Assembly: GCA_950097015.1 (NCBI GenBank)
Contig: CATNEN010000038.1
Location: 4,650,001 to 4,714,000, forward strand
Source: Macrostomum hystrix
Taxonomy: Eukaryota; Animalia; Platyhelminthes
DNA length: 64,000 nt
Direction: 5' to 3'
This document shows positions 35,628 through 50,000 of this stretch, in pieces (within the stretch, counting starts at the first letter, position 1; the number at the start of each line of letters is the position of its first letter). The translations under genes and the position numbers were made by a program. The notes beneath the pieces are model-generated. The model worked only from the letters and a program-made list of their open reading frames with translations. It was not told the origin of the DNA and did no database searches.

Positions 35628-37712
35628 GCTTCAGTTGTGTCAGGATAGATGCTTCAGGGGTTTCAGGATAGATGCTTCAGGGGTGTCAGGATAGATGCTT
35701 CAGGGGTGTCAGGATAGAAGCTTCAGGGGTGTCAGGATAGAAGCTTCAGGGGTGTCAGGATAGAAGCTTCAGGGGTGTCAGGATAGAAGCTTCAGGGGTG
35801 TCAGGATAGAAGCTTCAGGGGTGTCAGGATAGAAGCTTCAGGGGTGTCAGGATAGAAGCTTCAGGGGTGTCAGGATAGAAGCTTCAGGGGTGTCAGGATA
35901 GAAGCTTCAGGGGTGTCAGGATAGATGCTTCAGGGGTGTCAGGATAGAAGCTTCAGGGGTGTCAGGATAGAAGCTTCAGGGGTGTCAGGATAGATGCTTC
36001 AGGGGTTTCAGGATAGATGCTTCAGGGGTTTCAGGATAGATGCTTCAGGGGTGTCAGGATAGATGCTTCAGGTGTGTCAGGATAGAAGCTTCAGGGGTGT
36101 CAGGATAGAAGCTTCAGGGGTTTCAGGATAGATGCTTCAGGGGTTTCAGGATAGATGCTTCAGGGGTGTCAGGATAGAAGCTTCAGGGGTGTCAGGATAG
36201 AAGCTTCAGTTGTGTCAGGATAGATGCTTCAGGGGTTTCAGGATAGATGCTTCAGGGGTTTCAGGATAGATGCTTCAGGGGTGTCAGGATAGATGCTTCA
36301 GGTGTGTCAGGATAGATGCTTCAGGGGTGTCAGGATAGAAGCTTCAGGGGTGTCAGGATAAAAGCTTCAGGGGTGTCAGGATAGATGCTTCAGGGGTGTC
36401 AGGATAGAAGCTTCAGGGGTGTCAGGATAGAAGCTTCAGGGGTGTCAGGATAGAAGCTTCAGTTGTGTCAGGATAGAAGCTTCAGGGGTGTCAGGATAGA
36501 AGCTTCAGGGGTGTCAGGATAGAAGCTTCAGTTGTGTCAGGATAGAAGCTTCAGGGGTGTCAGGATAGATGCTTCAGGGGTGTCAGGATAGATGCTTCAG
36601 TTGTGTCACGATAGATGCTTCAGTTGTGTCAGGATAGATGCTTCAGGGGTTTCAGGATAGATGCTTCAGGGGTGTCAGGATAGATGCTTCAGGGGTGTCA
36701 GGATAGAAGCTTCAGGGGTGTCAGGATAGAAGCTTCAGGGGTGTCAGGATAGAAGCTTCAGGGGTGTCAGGATAGAAGCTTCAGGGGTGTCAGGATAGAA
36801 GCTTCAGGGGTGTCAGGATAGAAGCTTCAGGGGTGTCAGGATAGAAGCTTCAGGGGTGTCAGGATAGAAGCTTCAGGGGTGTCAGGATAGAAGCTTCAGG
36901 GGTGTCAGGATAGATGCTTCAGGGGTGTCAGGATAGAAGCTTCAGGGGTGTCAGGATAGAAGCTTCAGGGGTGTCAGGATAGATGCTTCAGGGGTTTCAG
37001 GATAGATGCTTCAGGGGTTTCAGGATAGATGCTTCAGGGGTGTCAGGATAGATGCTTCAGGTGTGTCAGGATAGAAGCTTCAGGGGTGTCAGGATAGATG
37101 CTTCAGGGGTTTCAGGATAGATGCTTCAGGGGTTTCAGGATAGATGCTTCAGGGGTGTCAGGATAGAAGCTTCAGGGGTGTCAGGATAGAAGCTTCAGTT
37201 GTGTCAGGATAGATGCTTCAGGGGTTTCAGGATAGATGCTTCAGGGGTTTCAGGATAGATGCTTCAGGGGTGTCAGGATAGATGCTTCAGGTGTGTCAGG
37301 ATAGATGCTTCAGGGGTGTCAGGATAGAAGCTTCAGGGGTGTCAGGATAAAAGCTTCAGGGGTGTCAGGATAGATGCTTCAGGGGTGTCAGGATAGAAGC
37401 TTCAGGGGTGTCAGGATAGAAGCTTCAGGGGTGTCAGGATAGAAGCTTCAGTTGTGTCAGGATAGAAGCTTCAGGGGTGTCAGGATAGAAGCTTCAGGGG
37501 TGTCAGGATAGAAGCTTCAGTTGTGTCAGGATAGAAGCTTCAGGGGTGTCAGGATAGATGCTTCAGGGGTGTCAGGATAGAAGCTTCAGGGGTGTCAGGA
37601 TAGAAGCTTCAGGGGTGTCAGGATAGAAGCTTCAGGGGTGTCAGGATAGAAGCTTCAGGGGTGTCAGGATAGAAGCTTCAGGGGTGTCAGGATAGATGCT
37701 TCAGGGGTGTCA
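35628..37712. repeat. 23-bp satellite (ggggtgtcaggatagaagcttca) downstream of the globin stop codon
   Basis: About 90 units, with an internal ~989-bp block duplication. Confidence 0.96.
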
Positions 37713-37844
37713 GTGCAGAGCTGGAGGCTGAGCAGTACAAAACGGCACTAGTACTCGTGAGAAAAATCTGTAAACAAGACAAGAAAAATCAAGTACCTCT
37801 CGCCCAGCAATCTGCAAACCGAGAATTCCTAGAAGATCTGCCTG

Positions 37845-38030
37845 TCAATTGTCCGGTTCATGAGTGTGGGCTTGCTCGCGTCCCCTGCTATCCTCCACTG
37901 CCTCATTGAATCCAGCCTCCATCTCGCCCAGCACGTAGCGAATGGTCCTCTCGTAGATGTCCGCAATTGCGTCATTGTACCGGTCCTCCAGGGTGATGCG
38001 AACTGCGCTTAGAAATGGCTGCTCCATAGC
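37845..38030 (-). CDS. Globin exon 3 (G/H helices, stop)
   Basis: Acceptor ccgcag|GCT; peptide AMEQPFLSAVRITLEDRYNDAIADIYERTIRYVLGEMEAGF..*. Confidence 0.85.
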   Translation of the reverse strand, partial: AMEQPFLSAVRITLEDRYNDAIADIYERTIRYVLGEMEAGFNEAVEDSRGREQAHTHEPDN

Positions 38031-41000
38031 CTGCGGCGAGATTGTGGATGCGTGCTGGCAACTGTACTCAAGCTTGCATGCCTGCTGATACCCGGCTGTC
38101 TTTCGTGACACCCAAATTCCTTTCTTGACACCCAAATTCCTTTCTTGACACCCAAATTCTTTTACTGACACCTCGACTGTCTTTCCGACACCGACTGTTT
38201 TTCCTGACATCCAACTGTCTTTCCTGACATCCAACTGTCTTTCCTGACATCCAACTGTATTTCCTGACACCCAACTGTCTTTCCTGACATCCAACTGTCT
38301 TTCCTGACATCCAACTGTCTTTCCTGACATCCAACTGTCTTTCCGACACCGACTGTCTTTCCTGACATCCAACTGTCTTTCCTGACATCCAACTGTCTTT
38401 CCTGACATCCAACTGTCTTTCCTGACATCCAACTGTCTTTCCTGACATCCAACTGTCTTTCCTGACACCCAACTGTCTTTCCTGACACCCAACTGTTTTT
38501 CCTGACACCCAACTGTCTTTCCTGATACCCGAATGTCTTTCCTGATACCCAACTGTCTTTCCTGACACCCAGCTGTCTTTCCTGACACCCGACTGTCTTT
38601 CTTGACACCCGACTGTCTTTCCTGATACCCAGCTGTCTATTTTGAATTCTTAGCTGTCCTTTAAAATGAAATTCAGTGAAGTCATTGGTATTAAGCAAAG
38701 TGCCAACACGTCGTTTTTCTTCTCGTGGCTGAAATATTTTGAACTTGTTGCTGTCAAAAAACAAATAAGTAAGCAACAGCAGCAGCATTTGCGGTGCAAA
38801 TTGTTCGTTTGTTGTAACTTTAAAAGACAATTTGACCTTCACAACAACAAACAGTGCAGAGTTGTTTCGGGGCCAAGAAACAAGAAAACTAAATTATCCC
38901 CTACCAATTAGTAGGTGCACTTTTCAGATATTTTTGTATCTGAAACTATTGGTTTTCATTGTGACTTGTGTATTCTATAAAATTATTTTGTATTTTTGTG
39001 AGATTATTTGAGTCTGGTTGAAGCTCGTTAATCAACTTACAAATCCGGGGAGATTATGTTGTCAGTGAAGTCAGAAAAACAACAAATTCTGTGTCTTATT
39101 TCTCATTTCTTTTCTCATTTCGTGTGTCTCGCGGAGTGTATCCTGAACTGTTGCAGAAAATAATCTAGGTTGTATTTTTTGCCTTTCTCTAATAGTCTTT
39201 CAGAGGCCGCTAAGAATAAATATCAACGTCAGTTTATTTTGGTCAGTGAAAATCGATCGCACTGACAGGAATATTTTGTGGGCAATCCATGCAATCCAAG
39301 GCCGATAATTTATGCCTTAGTACACGTTTCAAGACCAAAAATGTGCTTTCAGTGCGAGCGAGGCATTTATAAGGAAGGGAGACTCAAGAAGGTAGATTAC
39401 AGAGAGGGAGTCACATGGAGTGTCAGAGAGAGTCGGGATGGATCAGGAACAGTCAGGGAGGGTCAGGGACAGTCATGGAGGGTCAGGAACAGTCAAGGAC
39501 AGTCAGGGAGAGTTAGGGACAGTCAGGGAGAGTCAGGGACAGTCAGGGAGTGTCAGGGACAGTCAGGGAGTGTCAGGGACAGTCAGGGAGTGTCAGGGAC
39601 AGTCAGGGAGGGTCAGGGACAGTCAGGGAGGGTCAGGGACAGTCAGTCAGGGAGGGTCAGGGACAGTCAGAGACAGTCAGGCAGAGTTAGGGAGAGTCAT
39701 TGATGGCTAGGGAGTGTCAGGGACAGTCAGGGAGAGTCAGGGACAGTCAGGGAGAGTCAGGGAGGGTCAGGGAGGGTCAGGGACAGTCAGTCAGGGAGGG
39801 TCAGGGACAGTCAGTGATGGCCAAGGAGGGTCAGGGAGGGTCAGGGACAGTCAGTGATGGCCAAGGAGGGTCAGGGATGGTCAGGGACAGTCAGTGATGG
39901 CCAAGGAGGGTCAGGGAGGGTCAGGGACAGTCAGGCAGAGTTAGGGAGAGTCATTGATGGCTAGGGAGTGTCAGGGACAGTCAGGGAGAGTCAGGGAGGG
40001 TCAGGGAGTGTCAGGGACAGTCAGGGAGAGTCAGGGAGGGTCAGGGAGAGTCAGGGACAGTCAGGCAGAGTTAGGGAGAGTCATTGATGGCTAGGGAGTG
40101 TCAGGGACAGTCAGGGAGAGTCAGGGAGGGTCAGGGAGTGTCAGGGACAGTCAGGGAGAGTCAGGGAGGGTCAGGGAGAGTCAGGGACAGTCAGGCAGAG
40201 TTAGGGAGAGTCAGTGATGGCTAGGGAGGGTCAGGGAGGGTCAGGGACAGTCAGGGACTGTCAGGGAGTGTCAGGGACAGTCAGGCAGAGTTAGGGAGAG
40301 TCATTGATGGCTAGGGAGTGTCAGGGACAGTCAGGGAGAGTCAGGGAGGGTCAGGGACAGTCAGGGAGAGTCAGGGAGGGTCAGGGAGAGTCAGGGAGAG
40401 TCAGGGAGGGTCAGGGAGGGTCAGGGACAGTCAGGGAGAGTCAGGGAGGGTCAGGGAGGGTCAGGGAGAGTCAGGGAGGGTCAGGGAGAGTCAGGGACAG
40501 TCAGGGAGTGTCAGGGACAGTCAGGCAGAGTTAGGGAGAGTCAGTGATGGCTAGGGAGGGTCAGGGAGGGTCAGGGACAGTCAGTGATGGCTAGGGAGGG
40601 TCAGGGAGAGTGAAGGAGTGAGAGTCAGGGAAAGTCAGGGAGGGAATGAATGGCCAGATGCAGTAGGAGACAGGCAAAGAAAGCGTTCCTCGAAGGTGAA
40701 GTGAAAGTACAGTGAAAATACATTGAATCTGATCACAAAGATGCAAGAGTAGCTGAATAGCCAAGGAGGCGACTGAGTCAAGTCAAGCGAAAAGGCTGAA
40801 AAAGTTTACAAGGGCTCTGCGGACTGACTGCCAACTAATGAAGACAACCCGGTGTGATCAAAACTTGGCTAAATTAGTCAGCTCAGCTGCATTGCTCTGA
40901 ATAGGCCCCCCGCGGCGATGCGCCGAAAAACTCTGCGCGGGCTAATCATACTCAGTTAATGCTGACTTTGTTTGATCCGCTCGTATTGCCTTCTGAGCCA

Positions 41001-44000
41001 TTTTCAGCTCTGGTTGCCGCTAAAGTACAGATACTACCGTGCTGCTGCTGTTAGAACCTCCCCTAAAAAATCCCTGACTCTCCCACTCTCCGAGACCCTC
41101 TCACTGACTCTCACTGACCCTCACTGACTCTCCCTGACTCTCCCTGACTCTCCCTGACTGTCCTTGACCCTCACTGACCCTCATTGACTCTCCCTGACTC
41201 TCCCTTACTCTCCCTGACTCTCCCTGACCCTCCCTGACCGTCACTGACCCTCACTGACTCTCCCTGACTCCCCCTGACTCTCCCTGACTGTCCTTGACCC
41301 TCACTGACCCTCATTGACTCTCCCTGACTCTCCCTGACTCTCCCTGACCCTCCCTGACCGTCACTGACCCTTACTGACTCTCCCTGACTCCCCCTGACTC
41401 TCCCTGACTGTCCTTGACCCTCACTGACCCTCATTGACTCTCCCTGACTCTCCCTGACTCTCCCTGACTCTCCCTGACCCTCCCTGACCCTTACTGACTC
41501 TCCCTGACTGTCCTTGACCCTCACTGACCCTCATTGACTCTCCCTGACTCTCCCTTACTCTCCCTGACTCTCCCTGACCCTCCCTGACCGTCACTGACCC
41601 TCACTGACTCTCCCTGACTCCCCCTGACTCTCCCTGACTGTCCTTGACCCTCACTGACCCTCATTGACTCTCCCTGACTCTCCCTTACTCTCCCTGACCC
41701 TCCCTGACCGTCACTGACCCTTACTGACTCTCCCTGACTCCCCCTGACTCTCCCTGACTGTCCTTGACCCTCACTGACCCTCATTGACTCTCCCTGACTC
41801 TCCCTGACTGTCCCTGACTCTCCCTGACCCTCACTGACCCTCCCTGACTCTCCCTGACTCTCCCTGACTCTCCCTGACCCTCCCTTACTCTTCCATACTC
41901 TCCCTTACTCTCCCTTACTCTCACTGATTCTCCGACCCTGTATGATATGAGCCTATTCGTCTGCTCCCCACAGTCCTTACCTGTCTCAATTATATTATAG
42001 CCAAATTTGAAGGGCCATAAGAATAGACCAGCTGTGAAGCAAGTTATGAAATATTCAAATAAGCCGCAGCAGTCCTAATCAAGGACTCAAATTCTCAGAG
42101 CTGCTCTCGTCGGCATAGTAATGAGCAGCTCTGCACTGAAACATGATCACTGAGGTGTGAGCACTTGAATCTGTGTTTGGAAATGCCTTATCAGGATGTG
42201 CTTGAGTATAGTGTGTGTGTGTGTGTGTGTTTGTATCTACGAGCTATGTGTCAAGATATGCAACTGATTATCGGTTGAGTTTTCATCAGCCTCTGCAACT
42301 CGATTTGTGATTGCTTTTGCAAGCAAACTCGCATGCGCAATATTTATGCACTTCCTGCTGCTCCGTTGGAGTTCTGAGATGAGTTCGCCTATCTAATGGT
42401 GTAGGACAGCTGTCTAATGGTGTGGGACAGCCGTCTAATGGTGTGGGACAGCCGTCTAATGGTGTGGAACAGCTGTCTAATGGTGTGGGACAGCTGTCTA
42501 ATGGTGTGGGACAGTTATCTAATGGTGTGGGACAGCTGTCTAATGGTGTGGGACAGCTATCTAATGGTGTGGGACAGCTGTCTAATGGTGTGGAACAGCC
42601 GTCTAATGGTGTGGGACAGCTGTCTAATGGTGTGGGACAGCTATCTAATGGTGTGGGACAGCTGTCTAATGGTGTGGGACAGCTATCTAATGGTGTGGGA
42701 CAGCTGTCTAATGGTGTGGGACAGCTATCTAATGGTGTGGGATAGCTGTCTAATGGTGTGGGACAGCTGTCTAATGGTGTGGGACAGCTGTTTAATGATG
42801 TGGGACAGCCATCTAATGGTGTGGGACAGCTGTCTAATGGTGTGGGACAGCTATCTAATGGTGTGGGACAGCTGTCTAATGGTGTGGGACAGCCATCTAA
42901 TGGTGTGGGACAGCTGTCTAATGGTGTGTGACAGCTATCTAATGGTGTGGGACAGCTGTCTAATGGCGTGGGACAGCCATCTAATGGTGTGGGACAGCTG
43001 CCTAATGGTGTGTGACAGCTGTCTAATGGTGTGGGACAGCTGTCTAATGGTGTGATGCACTTTTGCATCTAATGATGCACTTTTATCGGCACTCACCCAG
43101 AACAGTTTGCCGAAGAATCCCAGAAACTTTGTGTGCGTGCCGGCCACACGTCGAAGGCGCGCCTTAGTCGGCTCCATGTTTTCAATGCTCTGAATGGCCT
43201 CGTCCAGTACACCCATCACCAGCTGGCCGTGCATGGCCAGGTCTCCATTGTCACGCACATTATCAGTGAGCTGAATGTTGCCAAACTGCATGAACATGGC
43301 CTTCAGCTCTGAGTTGGTCTTGAATAGGCTGCAATGAGCAACGTAAGTGCCTGAACTCCTTATCAAGAATTATTGAAGAATAGAAATATCGTTTTAACCC
43401 ACTCCAATAACAACTCATGCTTGACTCATTCCTATGAGATCTCACAATAATTGACCCATTCCTATGAGATCTCAAACTATTTGACCCATTCCATGAGATC
43501 TCACAATAATTCACCCATTCCATGAGATCTCACACTAATTCACCCATTCCTATGAGATCTCAAACTAATTGACCCATTCCCATCAGATCTCAAACTAATT
43601 CACCCATTCCTATGAGATCTCACAGTAATTGACCTATTCCTATGAGATCTAATAGTGTGGGACAGCTGTCTAATGGTGTGGGACAGCTGTCTAATTGTGT
43701 GGGACAGCTATGTGTCTCACACTAATTCACCCATTCCCATGAGATCTCACACAAATTCACCCATTCCCATGAGATCTCACACTAATTCACCCATTCCCAT
43801 GAGATCTCACACTAATTCACCTATTCCTATGAGATCTCACACTAATTCACCCATTCCTATGAGATCTCACACTAATTCACCTATTCCCATGAGATCTCAC
43901 ACTAATTCACCAGTTCCTATGAGATCTCACACTAATTCACCCATTCCTATGAGATCTCACACTAATTCACCTATTCCTATGAGATCTCACACTAATTCAC

Positions 44001-47000
44001 CTATTCCTATGAGATCTCACACTAATTCACCCATTCCTATGAGATCTCACACTAATTCACCTATTCCCATGAGATCTCACACTAATTCACCTATTCCCAT
44101 GAGATCTCACACTAATTCACCCATTCCCATGAGATCTCACACTAATTCACCCATTCCCATGAGATCTCACACTAATTCACCTATTCCCATGAGATCTCAC
44201 ACTAATTCACCCATTCCCATGAGATCTCACACTAATTCACCCATTCCCATGAGATCTCACACTAATTCACCCATTCCCATGAGATCTCACACTAATTCAC
44301 CCATTCCCATGAGATCTCACACTAATTCACCCATTCCCATGAGATCTCACACTAATTCACCTATTCCTATGAGATCTCACACTAATTCACCCATTCCCAT
44401 GAGATCTCACACTAATTCACCCATTCCCATGAGATCTCACACTAATTCACCCATTCCCATGAGATCTCACACTAATTCACCCATTCCCATGAGATCTCAC
44501 ACTAATTCACCCATTCCCATGAGATCTCACACTAATTCACCCATTCCCATGAGATCTCACACTAATTCACCCATTCCCATGAGATCTCACACTAATTCAC
44601 CCATTCCCATGAGATCTCACACTAATTCACCCATTCCCATGAGATCTCACACTAATTCACCCATTCCCATGAGATCTCACACTAATTCACCCATTCCCAT
44701 GAGATCTCACACTAATTCACCCATTCCTATGAGATCTCACACTAATTCACCCATTCCCATGAGATCTCACACTAATTAACCCATTCCCATGAGATCTCAC
44801 ACTAATTCACCCATTCCCATGAGATCTCACACTAATTAACCCATTCCCATGAGATCTCACACTAATTAACCCATTCCCATGAGATCTCACACTAATTCAC
44901 CTATTCCTATGAGATCTCACACTAATTCACCCATTCCCATGAGATCTCACACTAATTCACCCATTCCCATGAGATCTCACACTAATTCACCCATTCCCAT
45001 GAGATCTCACACTAATTCACCCATTCCCATGAGATCTCACACTAATTCACCCATTCCCATGAGATCTCACACTAATTCACCCATTCCCATGAGATCTCAC
45101 ACTAATTCACCCATTCCCATGAGATCTCACACTAATTCACCCATTCCCATGAGATCTCACACTAATTCACCCATTCCCATGAGATCTCACACTAATTCAC
45201 CCATTCCCATGAGATCTCACACTAATTCACCCATTCCCATGAGATCTCACACTAATTCACCCATTCCCATGAGATCTCACACTAATTCACCCATTCCCAT
45301 GAGATCTCACACTAATTCACCCATTCCCATGAGATCTCACACTAATTCACCCATTCCCATGAGATCTCACACTAATTCACCCATTCCCATGAGATCTCAC
45401 ACTAATTCACCCATTCCCATGAGATCTCACACTAATTCACCCATTCCCATGAGATCTCACACTAATTCACCCATTCCCATGAGATCTCACACTAATTCAC
45501 CCATTCCCATGAGATCTCACACTAATTCACCCATTCCCATGAGATCTCACACTAATTCACCCATTCCCATGAGATCTCACACTAATTCACCCATTCCCAT
45601 GAGATCTCACACTAATTCACCCATTCCCATGAGATCTCACACTAATTCACCCATTCCCATGAGATCTCACACTAATTCACCCATTCCCATGAGATCTCAC
45701 ACTAATTCACCCATTCCCATGAGATCTCACACTAATTCACCCATTCCCATGAGATCTCACACTAATTCACCCATTCCCATGAGATCTCACACTAATTCAC
45801 CCATTCCCATGAGATCTCACACTAATTCACCCATTCCCATGAGATCTCACACTAATTCACCCATTCCCATGAGATCTCACACTAATTCACCCATTCCCAT
45901 GAGATCTCACACTAATTCACCCATTCCCATGAGATCTCACACTAATTAACCCATTCCCATGAGATCTCACACTAATTCACCCATTCCCATGAGATCTCAC
46001 ACTAATTCACCCATTCCCATGAGATCTCACACTAATTAACCCATTCCCATGAGATCTCACACTAATTCACCTATTCCTATGAGATCTCACACTAATTCAC
46101 CCATTCCCATGAGATCTCACACTAATTCACCCATTCCCATGAGATCTCACACTAATTCACCCATTCCCATGAGATCTCACACTAATTCACCCATTCCCAT
46201 GAGATCTCACACTAATTCACCCATTCCCATGAGATCTCACACTAATTCACCCATTCCCATGAGATCTCACACTAATTCACCCATTCCCATGAGATCTCAC
46301 ACTAATTCACCCATTCCTATGAGATCTCACACTAATTCACCCATTCCCATGAGATCTCACACTAATTAACCCATTCCCATGAGATCTCACACTAATTCAC
46401 CCATTCCCATGAGATCTCACACTAATTAACCCATTCCCATGAGATCTCACACTAATTAACCCATTCCCATGAGATCTCACACTAATTCACCTATTCCTAT
46501 GAGATCTCACACTAATTCACCCATTCCCATGAGATCTCACACTAATTCACCCATTCCCATGAGATCTCACACTAATTCACCCATTCCCATGAGATCTCAC
46601 ACTAATTCACCCATTCCCATGAGATCTCACACTAATTCACCCATTCCCATGAGATCTCACACTAATTCACCCATTCCCATGAGATCTCACACTAATTCAC
46701 CCATTCCCATGAGATCTCACACTAATTCACCTATTCCTATGAGATCTCACACTAATTCACCCATTCCCATGAGATCTCACACTAATTCACCCATTCCCAT
46801 GAGATCTCACACTAATTCACCCATTCCCATGAGATCTCACACTAATTCACCCATTCCCATGAGATCTCACACTAATTCACCCATTCCCATGAGATCTCAC
46901 ACTAATTCACCCTATTCCCATGAGATCTCACACTAATTCACCCATTCCCATGAGATCTCACACTAATTCACCCATTCCCATGAGATCTCACACTAATTCA

Positions 47001-50000
47001 CCCATTCCCATGAGATCTCACACTAATTCACCCATTCCCATGAGATCTCACACTAATTCACCCATTCCCATGAGATCTCACACTAATTCACCCATTCCCA
47101 TGAGATCTCACACTAATTCACCCATTCCCATGAGATCTCACACTAATTCACCCATTCCCATGAGATCTCACACTAATTCACCCATTCCCATGAGATCTCA
47201 CACTAATTCACCCATTCCCATGAGATCTCACACTAATTCACCCATTCCCATGAGATCTCACACTAATTCACCCATTCCCATGAGATCTCACACTAATTCA
47301 CCCATTCCCATGAGATCTCACACTAATTCACCCATTCCCATGAGATCTCACACTAATTCACACTAATTACCCATTCCCATGAGATCTCACACTAATTCAC
47401 CCATTCCCATGAGATCTCACACTAATTCACCCATTCCCATGAGATCTCACACTAATTCACCCATTCCCATGAGATCTCCACTAATTCACCCATTCCCATG
47501 AGATCTCACACTAATTCACCCATTCCCATGAGATCTCACACTAATTCACCCATTCCCATGAGATCTCACACTAATTCACCCATTCCATGAGATCTCACAC
47601 TAATTCACCCATTCCCATGAGATCTCACACTAATTCACCCATTCCCATGAGATCTCACACTAATTCACCCATTCCCATGAGATCTCACACTAATTCACCC
47701 ATTCCCATGAGATCTCACACTAATTCAACCCATTCCCATGAGATCTCACACTAATTCACCCATTCCCATGAGATCTCACACTAATTCACCCATTCCCATG
47801 AGATCTCACACTAATTCACCATTCCATGAGATCTCACACTAATTCACCCATTCCCATGAGATCTCACACTAATTCACCCATTCCCATGAGATCTCACACT
47901 AATTCACCCATTCCCATGAGATCTCACACTAATTCACCCATTCCATGAGATCTCACACTAATTCACCCATTCCCATGAGATCTCACACTAATTCACCCAT
48001 TCCCATGAGATCTCACACTAATTCACCCATTCCCATGAGATCTCACACTAATTCACCCATTATTGTGTAGCCTTCTCAGACGCGCCACGCAATAGCTGCG
48101 GCTGTGCTGTCGGCTGCACATCTGCTTCGATTGGGGCAGGTGTAATCATACATGAGTAAATTATTATTGTGATCTGACAAATCTCCTTCGAGTCATCTTC
48201 GTGATCTTATTTGTTTTAGCTTTTCTTCAAAAAAATAGCAATTGAAAGTGCTCAAATCTGGATTGATCAAGTTGTTAAACCGGAAAAAATCTCCGAAATC
48301 TCGTTCATTAGCTTCGGCGTTGAGCTCACGATCAGTTCGCTAATCTTGCAACTAGGCGCGTGACTTTTCAGCTGTTCAAAGCGCTCATCCGCGCCCTAAC
48401 GATCGCATCGAACCTTGACAGAATCGCAACTCGCCAGTAACATCTCAGCTCTTCATCCGATCTCCAAGGGGGTTGTGGATTAACGCCACGTTTAAAGCAG
48501 ATAAGGCTTGAGTTTAGTTTGGTCTACAGCGGTATGCAAGTATTGAGATCGGTTGTATACTGTACTATATTCTTCAACAAGAGCTCGCCAGGGTCTCCAT
48601 CCGTTCCGTTTTGTTTGTTGAACCTAAGCACATCAATTAGAACGGACTCTGATCCAGGTGCCATCTCAATAAACTTTGAGCAGCGCGTTACAAAAATTAT
48701 ACTGTTTCATTGTAGTTAAAAATTACAAGCTAGTTTACTGCAAGCTACAAGCTAGTTTACTGCAAGCTACAAGCTAGTTTACTGCAAGCTACAAGCTAGT
48801 TTACTGCAAGCTACAAGCTAGTTTACTACAAGCTACAAGCCAGTTTACTGCGAGCTACAAGCTAGTTTACTGCGAGCTACAAGCTAGTTTACTACAAGCT
48901 ACAAGCTAGTTTACTGCGAGCTACAAGCTAGTTTACTACAAGCTACAAGCCAGTTTACTACAAGCTACAAGCCAGTTTACTACAGGCTACAAGCTAGTTT
49001 ACTGCAAGCTACAAGCCAGTTTACTACAAGCTACAAGCTAGTTTACTGCAAGCTACAAGCTAGTTTACTGCAAGCTACAAGCCAGTTTACTACAAGCTAC
49101 AAGCTAGTTTACTACAAGCTACAAGCCAGTTTACTACAAGCTACAAGCTAGTTTACTACAAGCTACAAGCCAGTTTACTACAAGCTACAAGCCAGTTTAC
49201 TACAAGCTACAAGCCAGTTTACTACAGGCTACAAGCTAGTTTACTGCAAGCTACAAGCCAGTTTACTACAAGCTACAAGCTAGTTTACTGCAAGCTACAA
49301 GCCAGTTTACTACAAGCTACAAGCCAGTTTACTACAAGCTACAAGCTAGTTTACTGCAAGCTACAAGCTAGTTTACTACAAGCTACAAGCTAGTTTACTA
49401 CAAGCTACAAGCCAGTTTACTACAAGCTACAAGCTAGTTTACTACAAGCTACAAGCTAGTTTACTGCAAGCTACAAGCTAGTTTACTACAAGCTACAAGC
49501 TAGTTTACTACAAGCTACAAGCTAGTTTACTACAAGCTACAAGCTAGTTTACTACAAGCTACAAGCTAGTTTACTACAAGCTACAAGCTAGTTTACTACA
49601 AGCTACAAGCTAGTTTACTGCAAGCTACAAGCTAGTTTACTGCAAGCTAAAAGCTAGTTTACTACAAGCTACAAGCTAATTTACTGCAAGCTACAAGCTA
49701 GTTTACTGCAAGCTAGAAGCTAGTTTACTACGAGCTACAAGCTAGTTTACTACAAGCTACAAGCTAGTTTACTGCAAGCTACAAGCTAGTTTACTACGAG
49801 CTACAAGCTAGTTTACTACGAGTTACAAGTGACAAGTTACCAGACAATGCGTTTCAATATGCACCTAACTACAAGCCACAAGTGTCTAATCTTCAATTGT
49901 CTATGGTTAAAACCTCAGAATCTCTTGTGATTGCTTAATACGAGTACAACGAAGCCTCTTTGTATAATATAAGCCTCATTATACCAACTTATACCAACTA

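Noticed and set aside
38095-43053. Possible inverted pairing between the 20-mer (38.1 kb) and 21-mer (42.4 kb) arrays
   Set aside because: The monomers share only a short ACAG.TG core, insufficient to call them related.
46900-48060. Cluster of 1-bp indels at the end of the 30-bp array (similar ones at 20.0-20.3 and 21.1-21.7 kb)
   Set aside because: The pattern is typical of low-coverage long-read consensus error; not interpreted biologically.
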